Below are positions 1 to 16,663 of a stretch of DNA of 64,000 nucleotides, in pieces. The notes under the pieces are model-generated. The model worked only from the letters and a program-made list of their open reading frames with translations, searched no databases and was not told the origin of the DNA. The stretch comes from Escherichia coli (GTDB lineage: Bacteria > Pseudomonadota > Gammaproteobacteria > Enterobacterales > Enterobacteriaceae). The stretch lies in assembly GCF_045037415.1 (NCBI RefSeq), contig NZ_CP173438.1; one strand, written 5' to 3'. Numbering within the stretch: position 1 is the first letter of the stretch; each line of letters starts with the position of its first letter. A program made the position numbers and the translations under genes.

Positions 1-1319
<1,319 letters not shown>

Positions 1320-1434
1320 TCACTTCACTGTGGAAAATGAGGAAATATTATTTTTTTTGCGCTTCGTAATTAATGGTTATAAGGTCGGCCAGAAACCTTT
1401 CTAATGCAAGCGATGACGTTTTTTTATGTGTCTG

Positions 1435-1456
1435 AATTTGCACTGTGTCACAATTC
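1435..1456 (-). promoter_or_regulatory. Candidate CRP site of the malT promoter
   Basis: aatttgcactgtgtcacaatt; reverse complement AATTGTGACACAGTGCAAAT is a TGTGA-N6-CACA-like palindrome about 120 bp upstream of malT start. Confidence 0.45.
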
Positions 1457-1820
1457 CAAATGTTTATTAACAACTCACCTAAAACGACGCTGATCCAGCG
1501 TGAATACTGGGTTGTACGGTATTTTCCTTATGTTCATCAGTTTCATTTAAGCAAGGGTTTCTTCTTCATTTCTGATGAAAGTGCCATCTAAAAAGATGAT
1601 CTTAATAAATCTATTAAGAATGAGATGGAGCACACGTGATATTTTACTTGTGAAACTGTTTCACTCCTTTACTTAATTTATAGAGTTACCTTCCGCTTTT
1701 TGAAAATACGCAACGGCCATTTTTTGCACTTAGATACAGATTTTCTGCGCGGTATGGCATTGATTTGCTGCTAATCCTGTGGATTGCACTAGCTTTAAGT
1801 GGTCGAGATCACATTTCCTT

Positions 1821-1866
1821 GCTCATCCCCGCAACTCCTCCCTGCCTAATCCCCCGCAGGATGAGG
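1821..1866 (+). promoter_or_regulatory. MalT boxes of the malPQ promoter
   Basis: gctcatcccc (reverse complement GGGGATGAGC) at 1821-1830 and GGATGAGG at 1859-1866 match the MalT box consensus GGGGA(T/G)GAGG, 70-115 bp upstream of malP ATG. Confidence 0.55.
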
Positions 1867-1911
1867 AAGGTCAACATCGAGCCTGGCAAACTAGCGATAA
1901 CGTTGTGTTGA

Positions 1912-4329
<2,418 letters not shown>

Positions 4330-4338
4330 GGAAGTTCG

Positions 4339-6423
4339 ATGGAAAGCAAACGTCTGGATAATGCCGCGCTGGCGGCGGGGATTAGCCCCAATTACATCAA
4401 TGCCCACGGTAAACCGCAGTCGATTAGCGCCGAAACCAAACGGCGTTTGCTTGACGCGATGCATCAACGTACCGCCACGAAAGTGGCGGTAACGCCAGTC
4501 CCGAATGTCATAGTTTATACCAGCGGCAAAAAAATGCCGATGGTGGTGGAGGGCAGCGGCGAATATAGCTGGCTGCTGACCACCGAAGAAGGAAAGCAGT
4601 ACAAAGGCCATGTGACGGGGGGCAAAGCGTTCAATCTACCGACGAAGCTGCCGGAAGGTTATCACACGCTGACGCTTACCCAGGACGACCAGCGCGCGCA
4701 TTGCCGGGTGATTGTCGCCCCGAAACGCTGTTACGAACCGCAGGCGTTGCTGAATAAACAAAAGCTGTGGGGTGCCTGCGTTCAGCTTTATACGCTGCGA
4801 TCGGAAAAAAACTGGGGTATTGGGGATTTTGGCGATCTCAAAGCGATGCTGGTGGATGTGGCAAAACGTGGCGGGTCGTTTATTGGTCTGAACCCGATTC
4901 ATGCGCTCTATCTGGCAAATCCGGAAAGTGCCAGCCCGTACAGCCCGTCTTCTCGCCGTTGGCTGAATGTGATTTATATCGACGTTAACGCAGTTGAAGA
5001 TTTCCATCTTAGCGAAGAGGCTCAGGCCTGGTGGCAGTTGCCGACCACGCAACAGACGCTGCAACAGGCGCGGGATGCCGACTGGGTTGATTACTCCACG
5101 GTTACCGCCCTAAAAATGACAGCATTACGAATGGCGTGGAAAGGTTTCGCGCAACGTGATGATGAGCAGATGACCGCGTTTCGCCAGTTTGTTGCAGAGC
5201 AGGGCGACAGCCTGTTCTGGCAGGCAGCCTTTGATGCGCTACATGCCCAGCAAGTGAAAGAGGACGAAATGCGCTGGGGCTGGCCAGCATGGCCAGAGAT
5301 GTATCAGAACGTGGATTCGCCAGAAGTGCGCCAGTTCTGCGAAGAACATCGTGATGACGTCGATTTTTATCTCTGGTTGCAGTGGCTGGCTTACAGCCAG
5401 TTTGCCGCCTGCTGGGAGATAAGCCAGGGCTATGAAATGCCGATTGGCTTGTATCGTGATCTGGCCGTTGGTGTAGCAGAAGGTGGGGCAGAAACCTGGT
5501 GCGACCGTGAACTGTATTGCCTGAAAGCGTCGGTTGGCGCGCCGCCGGATATCCTCGGCCCGTTGGGGCAGAACTGGGGATTGCCGCCAATGGACCCGCA
5601 TATCATCACCGCGCGTGCCTATGAACCGTTTATCGAGCTGTTGCGTGCCAATATGCAAAACTGCGGCGCATTACGAATTGATCACGTGATGTCGATGCTG
5701 CGTTTGTGGTGGATACCGTATGGCGAGACGGCAGATCAGGGCGCGTATGTTCACTATCCGGTGGATGATCTGCTCTCGATTCTGGCACTCGAAAGTAAAC
5801 GTCATCGCTGTATGGTGATTGGTGAAGATCTCGGTACCGTACCGGTAGAGATTGTCGGTAAGCTGCGCAGCAGCGGTGTGTACTCCTACAAAGTGCTCTA
5901 TTTCGAAAACGACCACGAGAAGACATTCCGCGCACCGAAAGCGTACCCAGAGCAGTCGATGGCGGTTGCGGCGACACACGACCTGCCTACGCTACGCGGC
6001 TACTGGGAGAGTGGGGATTTAACGCTGGGCAAAACGCTGGGGCTGTATCCGGATGAAGTGGTACTGCGCGGTCTGTATCAGGATCGCGAACTGGCGAAGC
6101 AAGGGCTGCTGGATGCTCTGCATAAATATGGTTGCCTGCCAAAACGTGCCGGGCATAAGGCATCGTTGATGTCGATGACACCGACGCTGAATCGTGGCTT
6201 ACAGCGCTACATCGCCGATAGCAACAGCGCCCTGTTAGGGCTCCAGCCGGAAGACTGGCTGGATATGGCAGATCCGGTAAATATTCCCGGCACCAGTTAC
6301 CAGTATAAAAACTGGCGACGTAAACTTTCCGCAACGCTTGAGTCGATGTTTGCCGATGATGGTGTGAACAAGTTGCTGAAGGATTTGGACAGACGGCGCA
6401 GAGCGGCAGCGAAGAAGAAGTAG
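4339..6423 (+). CDS. malQ: 4-alpha-glucanotransferase (amylomaltase)
   Basis: 694 aa ORF immediately downstream of malP, same strand; matches recalled MalQ length and sequence. Confidence 0.95.
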   Translation: MESKRLDNAALAAGISPNYINAHGKPQSISAETKRRLLDAMHQRTATKVAVTPVPNVIVYTSGKKMPMVVEGSGEYSWLLTTEEGKQYKGHVTGGKAFNLPTKLPEGYHTLTLTQDDQRAHCRVIVAPKRCYEPQALLNKQKLWGACVQLYTLRSEKNWGIGDFGDLKAMLVDVAKRGGSFIGLNPIHALYLANPESASPYSPSSRRWLNVIYIDVNAVEDFHLSEEAQAWWQLPTTQQTLQQARDADWVDYSTVTALKMTALRMAWKGFAQRDDEQMTAFRQFVAEQGDSLFWQAAFDALHAQQVKEDEMRWGWPAWPEMYQNVDSPEVRQFCEEHRDDVDFYLWLQWLAYSQFAACWEISQGYEMPIGLYRDLAVGVAEGGAETWCDRELYCLKASVGAPPDILGPLGQNWGLPPMDPHIITARAYEPFIELLRANMQNCGALRIDHVMSMLRLWWIPYGETADQGAYVHYPVDDLLSILALESKRHRCMVIGEDLGTVPVEIVGKLRSSGVYSYKVLYFENDHEKTFRAPKAYPEQSMAVAATHDLPTLRGYWESGDLTLGKTLGLYPDEVVLRGLYQDRELAKQGLLDALHKYGCLPKRAGHKASLMSMTPTLNRGLQRYIADSNSALLGLQPEDWLDMADPVNIPGTSYQYKNWRRKLSATLESMFADDGVNKLLKDLDRRRRAAAKKK

Positions 6424-6426
6424 AGT

Positions 6427-6530
6427 GCGGTTGATGCCGGATGCGACGCTTGACGCGTCTTACCGGCCTACTAATTAATGCCGAATCGTAGGCCGGATAA
6501 GGCGTTCACGCCGCATCCGGCCATCAGTAT
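6427..6530. repeat. REP/BIME palindromic elements between convergent malQ and gntT
   Basis: gccggatgcg...cgtcttaccggcctac and gtaggccggataaggcgttcacgccgcatccggcc are typical enterobacterial REP units in opposite orientation. Confidence 0.7.
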
Positions 6531-6532
6531 TA

Positions 6533-7849
6533 TCAAATCACCATATTCAGCAGCAGACAGCCTACCAGACCGCACACCGAGATAATGGTTTCCAGCATCG
6601 ACCAGGATTTGATGGTCTCGCCGATAGTCAGGTTAAAGTACTCTTTGAACAGCCAGAAGCCCGGATCGTTCACGTGAGAGAAAATCACACTACCGGAACC
6701 AACCGCAATAACCATCAGCTCCGGGCTAACACCCGTCGTTGCAATCAGCGGTGCCGCGATACCACCCGCAGTGATTGCCGCGACGGTTGCGGAACCCAGC
6801 GCGATACGCAGTACGGCAGCAATCGACCAGGCCATCAGCAGCGGAGAAATGTTGGTTTCGTGCATCATGGAAGCAATGTATTTGTCCACGCCGCTGTCTA
6901 CCAGCACCTGCTTGAACGCACCGCCACCACCGATAATCAACAGCATCATCGCAATGATTTTGATGGAAGAAACCAGCGTGTCGTTAATCTGATCCATTGA
7001 ACGGCCACGGTTCAGACCAAAGGTGAACATCGCGATCAGCACGGCAATCAGCGTAGCCATTACCGGGTCACCGAGGAACTCCGCTACCGGCAGGAAAGCG
7101 TGACCTTTCGGCAGGATCATTTCGGCAATCGCACGCATCGCCATCAGAACCACCGGCACCAGAGAGGTCCAGACGCTGACGCCAAAGCTCGGCATCTCTT
7201 CTTCGCTGAAGGTTTTCGCGCTGTACAGACCTTCCGGGATCGGCTTATCGATACCTTTCAACACGCGAGCGTAAACCGGACCGGCGAGAATCACGGTCGG
7301 GATTGCCAGAATAGTACCGTACAGCAGAGTTTTACCCATATCGGCATTGAAAATGGTGGCAATCGCAGTCGGACCCGGATGCGGTGGCAGGAAGCCGTGG
7401 GTCACAGACAGTGCAGCCGCCATTGGTACACCAACATACAGCAGTGGAATATTCGCGGAAGCCGCGATGGTAAACACCAGCGGCAGCATCAGCACGAAAC
7501 CCACTTCATAGAACAGGGCAAAACCAACGGTAAAACCGGTCAGTACCACCGCCCACTGGATGTGTTTTTTACCAAATTTGGCAATCAGCGTGGTAGCGAT
7601 ACGTTGTGCACCACCGCAGTCTGCCAGCATTTTGCCCAGCATCGCACCAAAACCCATGATCAGGGCAAGGCTACCGAGCGTTCCGCCGACACCAGCTTTG
7701 ATGGAGCCAATAACTTTATCCAGCGGCATCCCTTGCATTAATCCAACAGCAAGCGCCACGAGGACGAGAGCGATGAAGCCGTTCATTTTGAAGCGGATCA
7801 TCAGGAGTAATAACAAGATTACACCGATAGCAACAATGACTAATGGCAT
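6533..7849 (-). CDS. gntT: High-affinity gluconate:H+ symporter
   Basis: 438 aa very hydrophobic ORF (GntP family) adjacent to malQ as in E. coli. Confidence 0.92.
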   Translation of the reverse strand: MPLVIVAIGVILLLLLMIRFKMNGFIALVLVALAVGLMQGMPLDKVIGSIKAGVGGTLGSLALIMGFGAMLGKMLADCGGAQRIATTLIAKFGKKHIQWAVVLTGFTVGFALFYEVGFVLMLPLVFTIAASANIPLLYVGVPMAAALSVTHGFLPPHPGPTAIATIFNADMGKTLLYGTILAIPTVILAGPVYARVLKGIDKPIPEGLYSAKTFSEEEMPSFGVSVWTSLVPVVLMAMRAIAEMILPKGHAFLPVAEFLGDPVMATLIAVLIAMFTFGLNRGRSMDQINDTLVSSIKIIAMMLLIIGGGGAFKQVLVDSGVDKYIASMMHETNISPLLMAWSIAAVLRIALGSATVAAITAGGIAAPLIATTGVSPELMVIAVGSGSVIFSHVNDPGFWLFKEYFNLTIGETIKSWSMLETIISVCGLVGCLLLNMVI

Positions 7850-8007
7850 GATTTACCTGGCCTTTAATTTGTTATGGGTAACGTCAGGTTTCTGACGGAA
7901 AATCCTGGTTGTCCCAACTGGGAACAGAGATGTTACGGCACCACGGCTGATGACCCCTAAAACGAGTTAGTGTAGTCAGATGTTATGAGTGTGTTTGGTG
8001 CCCATGA

Positions 8008-8026
8008 GAATGATACGGGTAACATT
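8008..8026 (-). promoter_or_regulatory. Candidate GntR operator in gntT upstream region
   Basis: Reverse complement of gaatgatacgggtaacatt gives AATGTTACCCGTATCATTC, matching the recalled gntT operator; related half-site motifs ATGTTA at about 7871-7886 and 7929-7941. Confidence 0.5.
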
Positions 8027-8212
8027 ACGTGCTTGAGAATCACCAGAGCGGGGTAAATTTAAATTATGAGAGGTTGGTCATATTATCGTGGGGAAACGAA
8101 GAGATTGGATTTGCTGAGATAATTCTGCGCTAACGTCAGACTCTCGTGCAACGTACAGGCCCGATAAGACGCTTTAGCGTCACATCGGGCAATCGACAAA
8201 AGGGGAGAGAAC

Positions 8213-8788
8213 TTAGTAGTAAGAGTGCTCGCCGCGCTGGTGTTCGGTGAGATCGCGTACACCTTTCAGCTCCGGGAATTCGTTCAGCAACTGCTTCTCG
8301 ATCCCCTCTTTCAGGGTGACGTCGACCATGGAACAACCGTTACAGCCACCGCCAAATTGCAAAATGGCGTAACCGTCTTCGGTGATTTCCATCAGCGAAA
8401 CGCGACCACCGTGACCAGCAAGCTGTGGGTTGATCTGTGATTGCAGCATATACTCCACGCGCTCCATCAGCGGCGCATCGTCAGCCACTTTACGCATTTT
8501 GGCGTTAGGCGCTTTCAGCGTCAGCTGCGAACCCAACTGGTCGGTAACAAAATCGATCTCTGCATCTTCCAGGTAAGGAGCGCTTAACTCATCAACATAC
8601 GCGGTCAGCAGGTCAAATTTCAGGGCAGTGTCGGTGGCTTCCACAGCGTCCGGCGGACAATAAGAAACGCCACATTCAGCGTTAGGCGTGCCAGGGTTAA
8701 TCACAAATACGCGGATTTGTGTCCCTTCTTCCTGGTTTGCCAGCAGTTTGGCAAAGTGCGCTTGTGCAGCATCGGAAATACGGATCAT
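8213..8788 (-). CDS. nfuA: Fe-S cluster carrier protein NfuA
   Basis: 191 aa ORF with C-terminal Nfu domain CxxC ([11 protein letters not shown]); position between gntT and gntX. Confidence 0.93.
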
Positions 8789-8846
8789 AGTAATGGCCTA
8801 ATAGTTGACTATTTTAGTTGGTTATAATACGCCCATCATCGAGGCT

Positions 8847-9548
<702 letters not shown>

Positions 9549-9549
9549 A

Positions 9550-10338
<789 letters not shown>

Positions 10339-10366
10339 GTGGCTTTCGAAATGGCGGGACAGAACT

Positions 10367-10777
10367 TTACTGGCTCGCCGCAGCCAACTCTTCTTCTGAC
10401 ACCCCGGTAAAGCGCATGATGTCTGCAAGAGGGACTCCGGATTCAAGCATTATTTTTGCTATATGCAAGGCTTTGGATTGTTCCCCTTCCTGCCGCAATC
10501 TTTCCGCAATAGTCATTAAACTCTCCTTGTGTTTTGGTGAACGTTCGGCCACACCATCGATAAAATCGTTAAAACGTACCGCGTCGCCGGTTTGCAGTAT
10601 GTAATTAAACAGCCCTTTGATTTGTCTGTCATTTGCGTATCCACTACTTAATAAGCAGGCCATTTGCTCTACCAGTCCTATCAGATCGCGTTGACGAATA
10701 TGTTTTTGAATTAACTCCAGCAGCGCCATGCTCGCGTGCCGTCTCCGGTTGGCGTAAAAAGAGTTTGAACAGCGCAT
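10367..10777 (-). pseudogene. rpnA: 5'-truncated remnant of rpnA (yhgA), Rpn/YhgA-like recombination-promoting nuclease
   Basis: 136 aa frame resembling only the C-terminal part of Rpn/YhgA-like proteins (...LRQEGEQSKALHIAKIMLESGVPLADIMRFTGVSEEEL...); the bioH-feoC interval is only about 660 bp, too short for the recalled ~292 aa gene. Confidence 0.55.
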
Positions 10778-10940
10778 CGTGTGGGGTGGAACTCTGCTTT
10801 TTGCTCATGGCGTTCCTTCACCTGTTATTTGAATGCCGCGACTCTACGCGCCACTCCACACCTGTGCATTAGCGAGTTTTCATCCCAGCGAGACGCTTTC
10901 AGAGGAACTTACGTCGCGCTGCTATGGAAAGCCGCACGCA

Positions 10941-10974
10941 AAAAAGCCCGGATGCAAACGCATACCGGGCTTTC
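10941..10974 (-). terminator. Rho-independent terminator downstream of feoC
   Basis: aagcccgg-atgcaaacgcat-accgggctt hairpin preceded on the plus strand by an A-run (T-run on the minus strand). Confidence 0.6.
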
Positions 10975-10995
10975 AAAACAGGCAGTGAAACAAGG

Positions 10996-11232
10996 TTAAC
11001 GCAACGCCCACCATTCGTGCAGACAGGCTTTTCCTTCCGGGCAGCTTTTACAACTGCCGGAAAGACAGCCGTCAGGTTCTTCCTGAATCCGCACTGCTTT
11101 TCCCATACTTTCTAGCTGTTTCAGCATGGCGTTAATCATTGGCTGCGGAGTGTTCAGTGTCTGGCTAATCTGGGCCGCTTCCATACGGCCCCGTAATGCC
11201 AGTAAATCACGCACTTGAATGAGCGAAGCCAT
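10996..11232 (-). CDS. feoC: Ferrous iron transport protein FeoC
   Basis: 78 aa product starting [15 protein letters not shown] within the listed 92 aa frame; winged-helix protein with Cys cluster; directly downstream of feoB. Confidence 0.85.
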
Positions 11233-11242
11233 TGTCGTGTCC

Positions 11243-13564
11243 TTAGTGGCAATCGCCAGTGGTACTGGCCGCACAGCAACTGCTTACCGATTTGCGCGTT
11301 GCCAGCAGTTCGATATCCACCCGGCTACGCGCGCGACGCAGCAAACCGATAACCACGATGTTAAACAGAATAACCGCCAGAATGCATACCAGGCTGTAGG
11401 TTGGATGCTGGCTGTAGCTGGCGATCTGATAGAACAATGTTGCCAGCGAGTAAGCGATATTCAGCCCCCACAGAATGGAGAAGCCCATCCAGCCACGGCT
11501 TGATTCACGGGCGATGGCTCCCATCACCGAGATACATGGTACATACAGCAGGACGAAAATCAGGTAGCTGTATGCGGCAGCTGCGCTACCGAATTTCTGA
11601 TCCATCACGCCCATCGCTCCGGTACCCATTTCGCCGTCGCCTTTGCTTGCTTCAATGGGGTTCATCAGTACGCTAAGGCTGAAGGTGTCTTTCAGGCTCT
11701 GCCAGGTTTCATCTACCGCACTGAACAGCTCTTCACCGAGGTTAAATTCCGCCGGATTGAACTCTTCGTCCTGAATATTTTCTGCGGTGTAGAGGGTGTT
11801 GAGCGTACCCACCACCACTTCTTTCGCCATGGCACCTGTAAACAGGCCAACCGTTGCCTGCCAGTTATCTTCATGTACGCCAATCGGCTTGAAGACCGGG
11901 GTGATCACCCGGCTGACGGAAGCCAGCGCCGAGTCGTTGATGTTATCGACGATTTTCCCGCTCAATGAGAAGCTGTTGAAGGCGCTCAGGAAAATGCTGA
12001 CGATGATAATCACTTTACCAGCACGCAGAACGAAGCCTTTCAGACGCTGCCAGGTCTGGATAATCAGGCTTTTAACGTGGGGTACATGGTAGACCGGCAG
12101 CTCCATGACAAACGGCGTCGCTTCACCGCGCATGATGGTGTACTTGAGCATCAGGCCAGTCAGCACCGCCATTACGATACCCAGCATATACAGCGAGAAG
12201 ACCGCCAGCGCACCGTTCTGCCCGAAGAAGGCAGCCGCGAATACTGCGAAGATAGCCAGACGCGCGCCGCAGGACATAAACGGTGCCATCATGATGGTCA
12301 TCAGACGTTCACGCGGTGCATCAAGCGTACGTGCGCCCATTACCGACGGTACGTTACAACCGAAACCAACGATCAGCGGTACAAAGGATTTCCCCGGCAA
12401 GCCCAGCGCCTGCATCAGACGGTCCATCACAAACGCCGCACGCGCCATATAGCCGGAGTCCTCAAGGAAGGAGAGGAACAGGTACATCATGCCGATCTGC
12501 GGCACCAGTGGCAGCACGGTGTTAATACCGCCGCCCAGGCCTTGGGCGAGGAAGATAGTCAGCCAGTCCGGGAAGTGGAGCGTGTAGCCAATCCACTGAA
12601 TACCATGCACAAAGAGTGCTACGGAGCCGACGTCAAACAGCGGCTGTAACGCCCCGCCGATGTTGATAGCCAGCAAGAACATCAGGTACATCACAAAGAG
12701 GAAAATCGGCAGACCGAGGAAACGGTTGAGCACGATTTTATCTACCGCAGTGGTGAAACGGCTGGGTTCTGCCGTCAGGGTGTTGCTTACCACATCACAG
12801 ATGGCAGCAATGCACTGGTAACGCGCATCGGCAATGTGCAGCGCCGGATCGTCCATCTCATTACGCAGACGGGCGAGGGCGGCATCCAGATGCTGCGACG
12901 CTTCACCGGCGTAGGCGCGGCTGTAGATATCGCCTTCCAGCATTTGCAGGCCCAGCCAGCGACGTTGTTTCAGCGGGATGTCGGAAGGCATCACTTTTGC
13001 CAGTGAATCTGCTTCGTTGAGCAGCGGCTGAGCGTAATGCACCAGTTCCACATTCTCGTTAGCTTTATAGCGATCAATCGCCAGCTTGAGCGCTTCAATA
13101 CCGCGACCACGGGTTGAAACCAGCGGGATCACCGGGCAGCCAAGACGCGCCGACAGAGCATCAATTTCAATACGAATATTTTGCTTCTCGGCAATGTCGA
13201 GCATGTTCAGCGCCACGATGCAGGGAATGCCGAGTTCCAACAGTTGCAGCGTCAGGTACAGGTTACGCTCAAGGTTAGACGCATCCACCACGTTAATCAG
13301 CAGGTCTGCGTCGCCACTCAAAATGTAGTGACAGGCGATTTGCTCATCGAGCGAGGTCTGCGATGAGATGGTGGTCAGAGAATAGGTGCCGGGCAGGTCC
13401 ACCAGCGTGACCTGATGATCGGTGGTGGAGAATTGCCCTTCTTTACGTTCGACGGTAACGCCAGCCCAGTTACCTACACGCTGACGTGAGCCAGTAAGCT
13501 GGTTAAATAACGTTGTCTTGCCAGAATTTGGATTACCAATTAAGCCAATGGTTAATTTTTTCAT
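11243..13564 (-). CDS. feoB: Ferrous iron transporter FeoB (GTPase plus permease)
   Basis: Start trimmed to [18 protein letters not shown] (G1 P-loop); 773 aa; polytopic C-terminal domain. Confidence 0.95.
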
Positions 13565-13580
13565 TGTTGTTATCACCGTA

Positions 13581-13808
13581 TTAACAGGAAACCGCTTCCA
13601 CTTCTAATAAGGCCAGATCTTTTTTGCGTAATACCAGGCTCACACGACGGGTTTCGATATGAATGGGGTCGCCGAGTGGAGCGACGCGCACCACATTAAA
13701 AGAGGAGCCAGGTAACATGCCAAGAGAAAGCAGTTTTTGGCGATATGCCGGGCTGATTTCACGGGAAAAGCCAGTAATTTTCCACGCAGTATCTGGAGTG
13801 TATTGCAT
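13581..13808 (-). CDS. feoA: Ferrous iron transport protein FeoA
   Basis: 75 aa SH3-like small protein immediately upstream of feoB. Confidence 0.93.
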   Translation of the reverse strand: MQYTPDTAWKITGFSREISPAYRQKLLSLGMLPGSSFNVVRVAPLGDPIHIETRRVSLVLRKKDLALLEVEAVSC

Positions 13809-13914
13809 AGGTGCCTACTTGTTTCTCATTAACTGGATAACTACCTCATGGGGCGTTTGACAGCGACATGAGACCAGATGATTTGCCAACGAAGGAGAGA
13901 TTAAATAATCAACA

Positions 13915-13937
13915 GTACAATGATAATGAGAATGGTT
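13915..13937 (-). promoter_or_regulatory. Candidate Fur box upstream of feoA
   Basis: acaatgataatgagaatgg matches 13 of 19 positions of the Fur consensus GATAATGATAATCATTATC, about 110 bp upstream of feoA start. Confidence 0.4.
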
Positions 13938-14140
13938 TCTATCAGCAATACTTAAAATGTGTGTGAATGTTGGTTTGAATAATAATCTGACTCAATGTTG
14001 ATATGGCTCAAGCTTATATCGCAGCGAAAATATAATTCGCATGACGAATTATTAGGGCTGGTTAATGTTTAATTAAGGTTTCAGTTGTTAATGAAGTGAT
14101 AAATATTAACGGGATATATTATGCGTTTGCTTGTGGAATA

Positions 14141-14180
14141 AAAAGGCCGGAGATATTCTCCGGCACTTTTATGTCAGGCA
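14141..14180 (-). terminator. Rho-independent terminator downstream of tex (yhgF)
   Basis: gccggaga-tatt-tctccggc hairpin flanked by A-run and T-run (bidirectional in appearance). Confidence 0.55.
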
Positions 14181-14245
14181 AGGCGTTCGTTGCCAGATGT
14201 GGCGTGAACGCCTAATCGCGCAGGTTTAGGGGCCAGTCCGGGCGT

Positions 14246-16567
14246 TTAACGTTTTTTGCCCATTGCCGCCGCCAGCGCATCCATCATCGCGCTGTTACCG
14301 GCAGGCTGCACTTCACGCCCACGCGGTTTGGCTGCCGGGCGGTTGTTTTGCGGGCGTTCATTACCGCCGCCGCGACGGGCGTTGGTTTCGCCAGGCTGCT
14401 CGTCCAGACGCATGGTCAGGGCGATACGTTTACGCTGAAGATCCACTTCCAGCACTTTCACCTTCACAATGTCGCCCGCTTTCACCACGGTATGCGGATC
14501 TTCCACAAACTTGTTCGACAATGAAGAGATGTGAACCAGGCCGTCCTGATGCACGCCAATATCGACAAACGCGCCAAAGTTGGTGACGTTGGTCACCGCA
14601 CCTTCGAGGATCATACCCGGTTGCAGGTCGTTCATTGTCTCGACACCATCGGCAAACTGAGCGGTTTTAAATTCCGGACGCGGATCGCGACCCGGTTTTT
14701 CCAGCTCTTTGATGATGTCGGTTACCGTCGGCACACCGAATTTCTCATCAGTAAAGTCAGACGCTTTCAGGTTACGCAGTTCGCTGCTGTTACCCATCAG
14801 ATCTTTCAGTGCCTGCTGTGTTGCTGCCAGAATGCGTTCCACCACCGGATAGGCTTCCGGGTGAACGGTAGAAGCGTCCAGTGGGTTATCACCGTGGTTA
14901 ATGCGCAAGAAGCCCGCGCACTGCTCGAAGGCTTTCGGCCCCAGACGGCTCACTTTTAACAGTTGCTGACGGTTCTGGAACTGACCGTTCTCATCGCGCC
15001 AGGCTACGATGTTTTGCGCCATCATGCGCGTCAGGCCCGCCACGCGGGTTAACAGAGGAACAGAAGCGGTGTTGAGATCGACGCCAACGGCGTTTACGCA
15101 GTCTTCTACTACTGCATCCAGTTTGCGTGCCAGCTGCGTCTGGCTGACGTCATGCTGATACTGACCTACGCCGATAGATTTCGGATCGATTTTCACCAGC
15201 TCCGCCAGCGGATCCTGCAAACGACGGGCGATAGACACCGCGCCACGCAGCGAAACGTCGAGATCCGGGAATTCCTGTGCTGCCAGCTCGGAAGCCGAGT
15301 AAACCGACGCGCCAGCTTCGCTGACGATCACTTTCTGCGCGGTCACTTTCGGGAACTGCTTCTGCACGTCGAGATAGAAACGTTCGGTTTCGCGGGAAGC
15401 TGTACCGTTGCCGATCGCCACCAGTTCAACGTTATGCTTTTCACACAGCGCAGCAACGGTCATCGCTGCTTTTGCGGCCTGCCCGGTATGCGGATAAATG
15501 GTATCGGTCGCCACCAGTTTACCAGTTGCATCGACTACCGCCACTTTTACCCCGGTACGCAGACCCGGATCGAGGCCCATCGTTGCACGCAGTCCGGCAG
15601 GGGCCGCCATCAGCAGATCGTGCAGGTTACGGGCAAAGACGTTGATTGCTTCATCTTCCGCGCGTTCGCGCACGGTGCCCATCAGTTCAGTTTCCAGATG
15701 CATCAACACCTTGATGCGCCACGTCCAGCTCACCACACCTTTGCGCCAGCTATCCGCCGGGGCATTGTTCAGGCGCAGGCCAAGGTGTTCCATGATGATT
15801 TGCTCGCAATAGCTCTCTTTCGGCGGCTCTTCGAACTGCGGATCGGCATTCAGCGAAAGCTGAAGTATGCCTTCGTTACGACCACGGAACATCGCCAGTG
15901 CGCGGTGAGAAGGCACCGTTGACAGTGGTTCGTGATGATCGAAATAGTCGCGGAATTTTGCCCCTTCCTCTTCTTTACCGCTCACCACGGTTGAGACCAG
16001 ATGCGCGTTCTTCCACAGATAATCACGCACTTTCGCCAGCAGCGCGGCATCTTCGGCAAACCGTTCCATCAGGATATAGCGCGCGCCGTCCAGCGCGGCT
16101 TTGGTATCTGCCACGCCTTTATCGGCATCAATATATTGTGCAGCGGCGACTTCTGGCGTGTGTGACGGATCGCTCCACAGCAGATCGGCCAACGGCTCAA
16201 GCCCTGCTTCAATGGCGATTTGCCCACGGGTGCGGCGTTTAGGTTTGTAGGGCAGGTAGAGGTCTTCGAGTTCGGTTTTGCTTAGGGTGGCGTTGATGGC
16301 ATTCGCCAGATCATCGGTGAGTTTGCCTTGCTCGGAAATAGACTTGAGGATCGCCTGACGTCTCTCTTCCAGCTCGCGCAGATAGCTCAGACGCGTTTCC
16401 AGATTACGCAGCTGCGTGTCATCCAGACCGCCGGTGATTTCCTTACGATAACGTGCGATAAACGGCACGGTATTCCCTTCGTCAAGCAGGCGAACGGCAG
16501 CGTCAACCTGTTCCGGGCGCGCCTGAATTTCACCCGCAATAATGCGGCAGAACGAATCATTCATCAT
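14246..16567 (-). CDS. yhgF: Transcription accessory protein Tex (YhgF), S1 domain RNA-binding protein
   Basis: 773 aa ORF with Tex architecture and C-terminal S1 domain; position between feoA and greB. Confidence 0.92.
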   Translation of the reverse strand: MMNDSFCRIIAGEIQARPEQVDAAVRLLDEGNTVPFIARYRKEITGGLDDTQLRNLETRLSYLRELEERRQAILKSISEQGKLTDDLANAINATLSKTELEDLYLPYKPKRRTRGQIAIEAGLEPLADLLWSDPSHTPEVAAAQYIDADKGVADTKAALDGARYILMERFAEDAALLAKVRDYLWKNAHLVSTVVSGKEEEGAKFRDYFDHHEPLSTVPSHRALAMFRGRNEGILQLSLNADPQFEEPPKESYCEQIIMEHLGLRLNNAPADSWRKGVVSWTWRIKVLMHLETELMGTVRERAEDEAINVFARNLHDLLMAAPAGLRATMGLDPGLRTGVKVAVVDATGKLVATDTIYPHTGQAAKAAMTVAALCEKHNVELVAIGNGTASRETERFYLDVQKQFPKVTAQKVIVSEAGASVYSASELAAQEFPDLDVSLRGAVSIARRLQDPLAELVKIDPKSIGVGQYQHDVSQTQLARKLDAVVEDCVNAVGVDLNTASVPLLTRVAGLTRMMAQNIVAWRDENGQFQNRQQLLKVSRLGPKAFEQCAGFLRINHGDNPLDASTVHPEAYPVVERILAATQQALKDLMGNSSELRNLKASDFTDEKFGVPTVTDIIKELEKPGRDPRPEFKTAQFADGVETMNDLQPGMILEGAVTNVTNFGAFVDIGVHQDGLVHISSLSNKFVEDPHTVVKAGDIVKVKVLEVDLQRKRIALTMRLDEQPGETNARRGGGNERPQNNRPAAKPRGREVQPAGNSAMMDALAAAMGKKR

Positions 16568-16663
16568 GGTTTGAGTTCATCTTTTCGGATCAAAAATCAG
16601 GGGATAGTTATACGGACTGGCTGGCAAAAATGCCAGCCATCGGCAGGAGGTTAAGACTCTTCC

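Noticed and set aside
6427-6530. Possible CRISPR-like or other repeat array at REP clusters (also 29936-30060 and 24791-24830)
   Set aside because: These are isolated REP/BIME palindromes in convergent-gene spacers; there is no regular repeat-spacer periodicity and no cas genes.
7100-7741. 213 aa plus-strand ORF inside gntT
   Set aside because: Antisense to the gntT transporter frame; His/Arg-rich nonsense-like composition.
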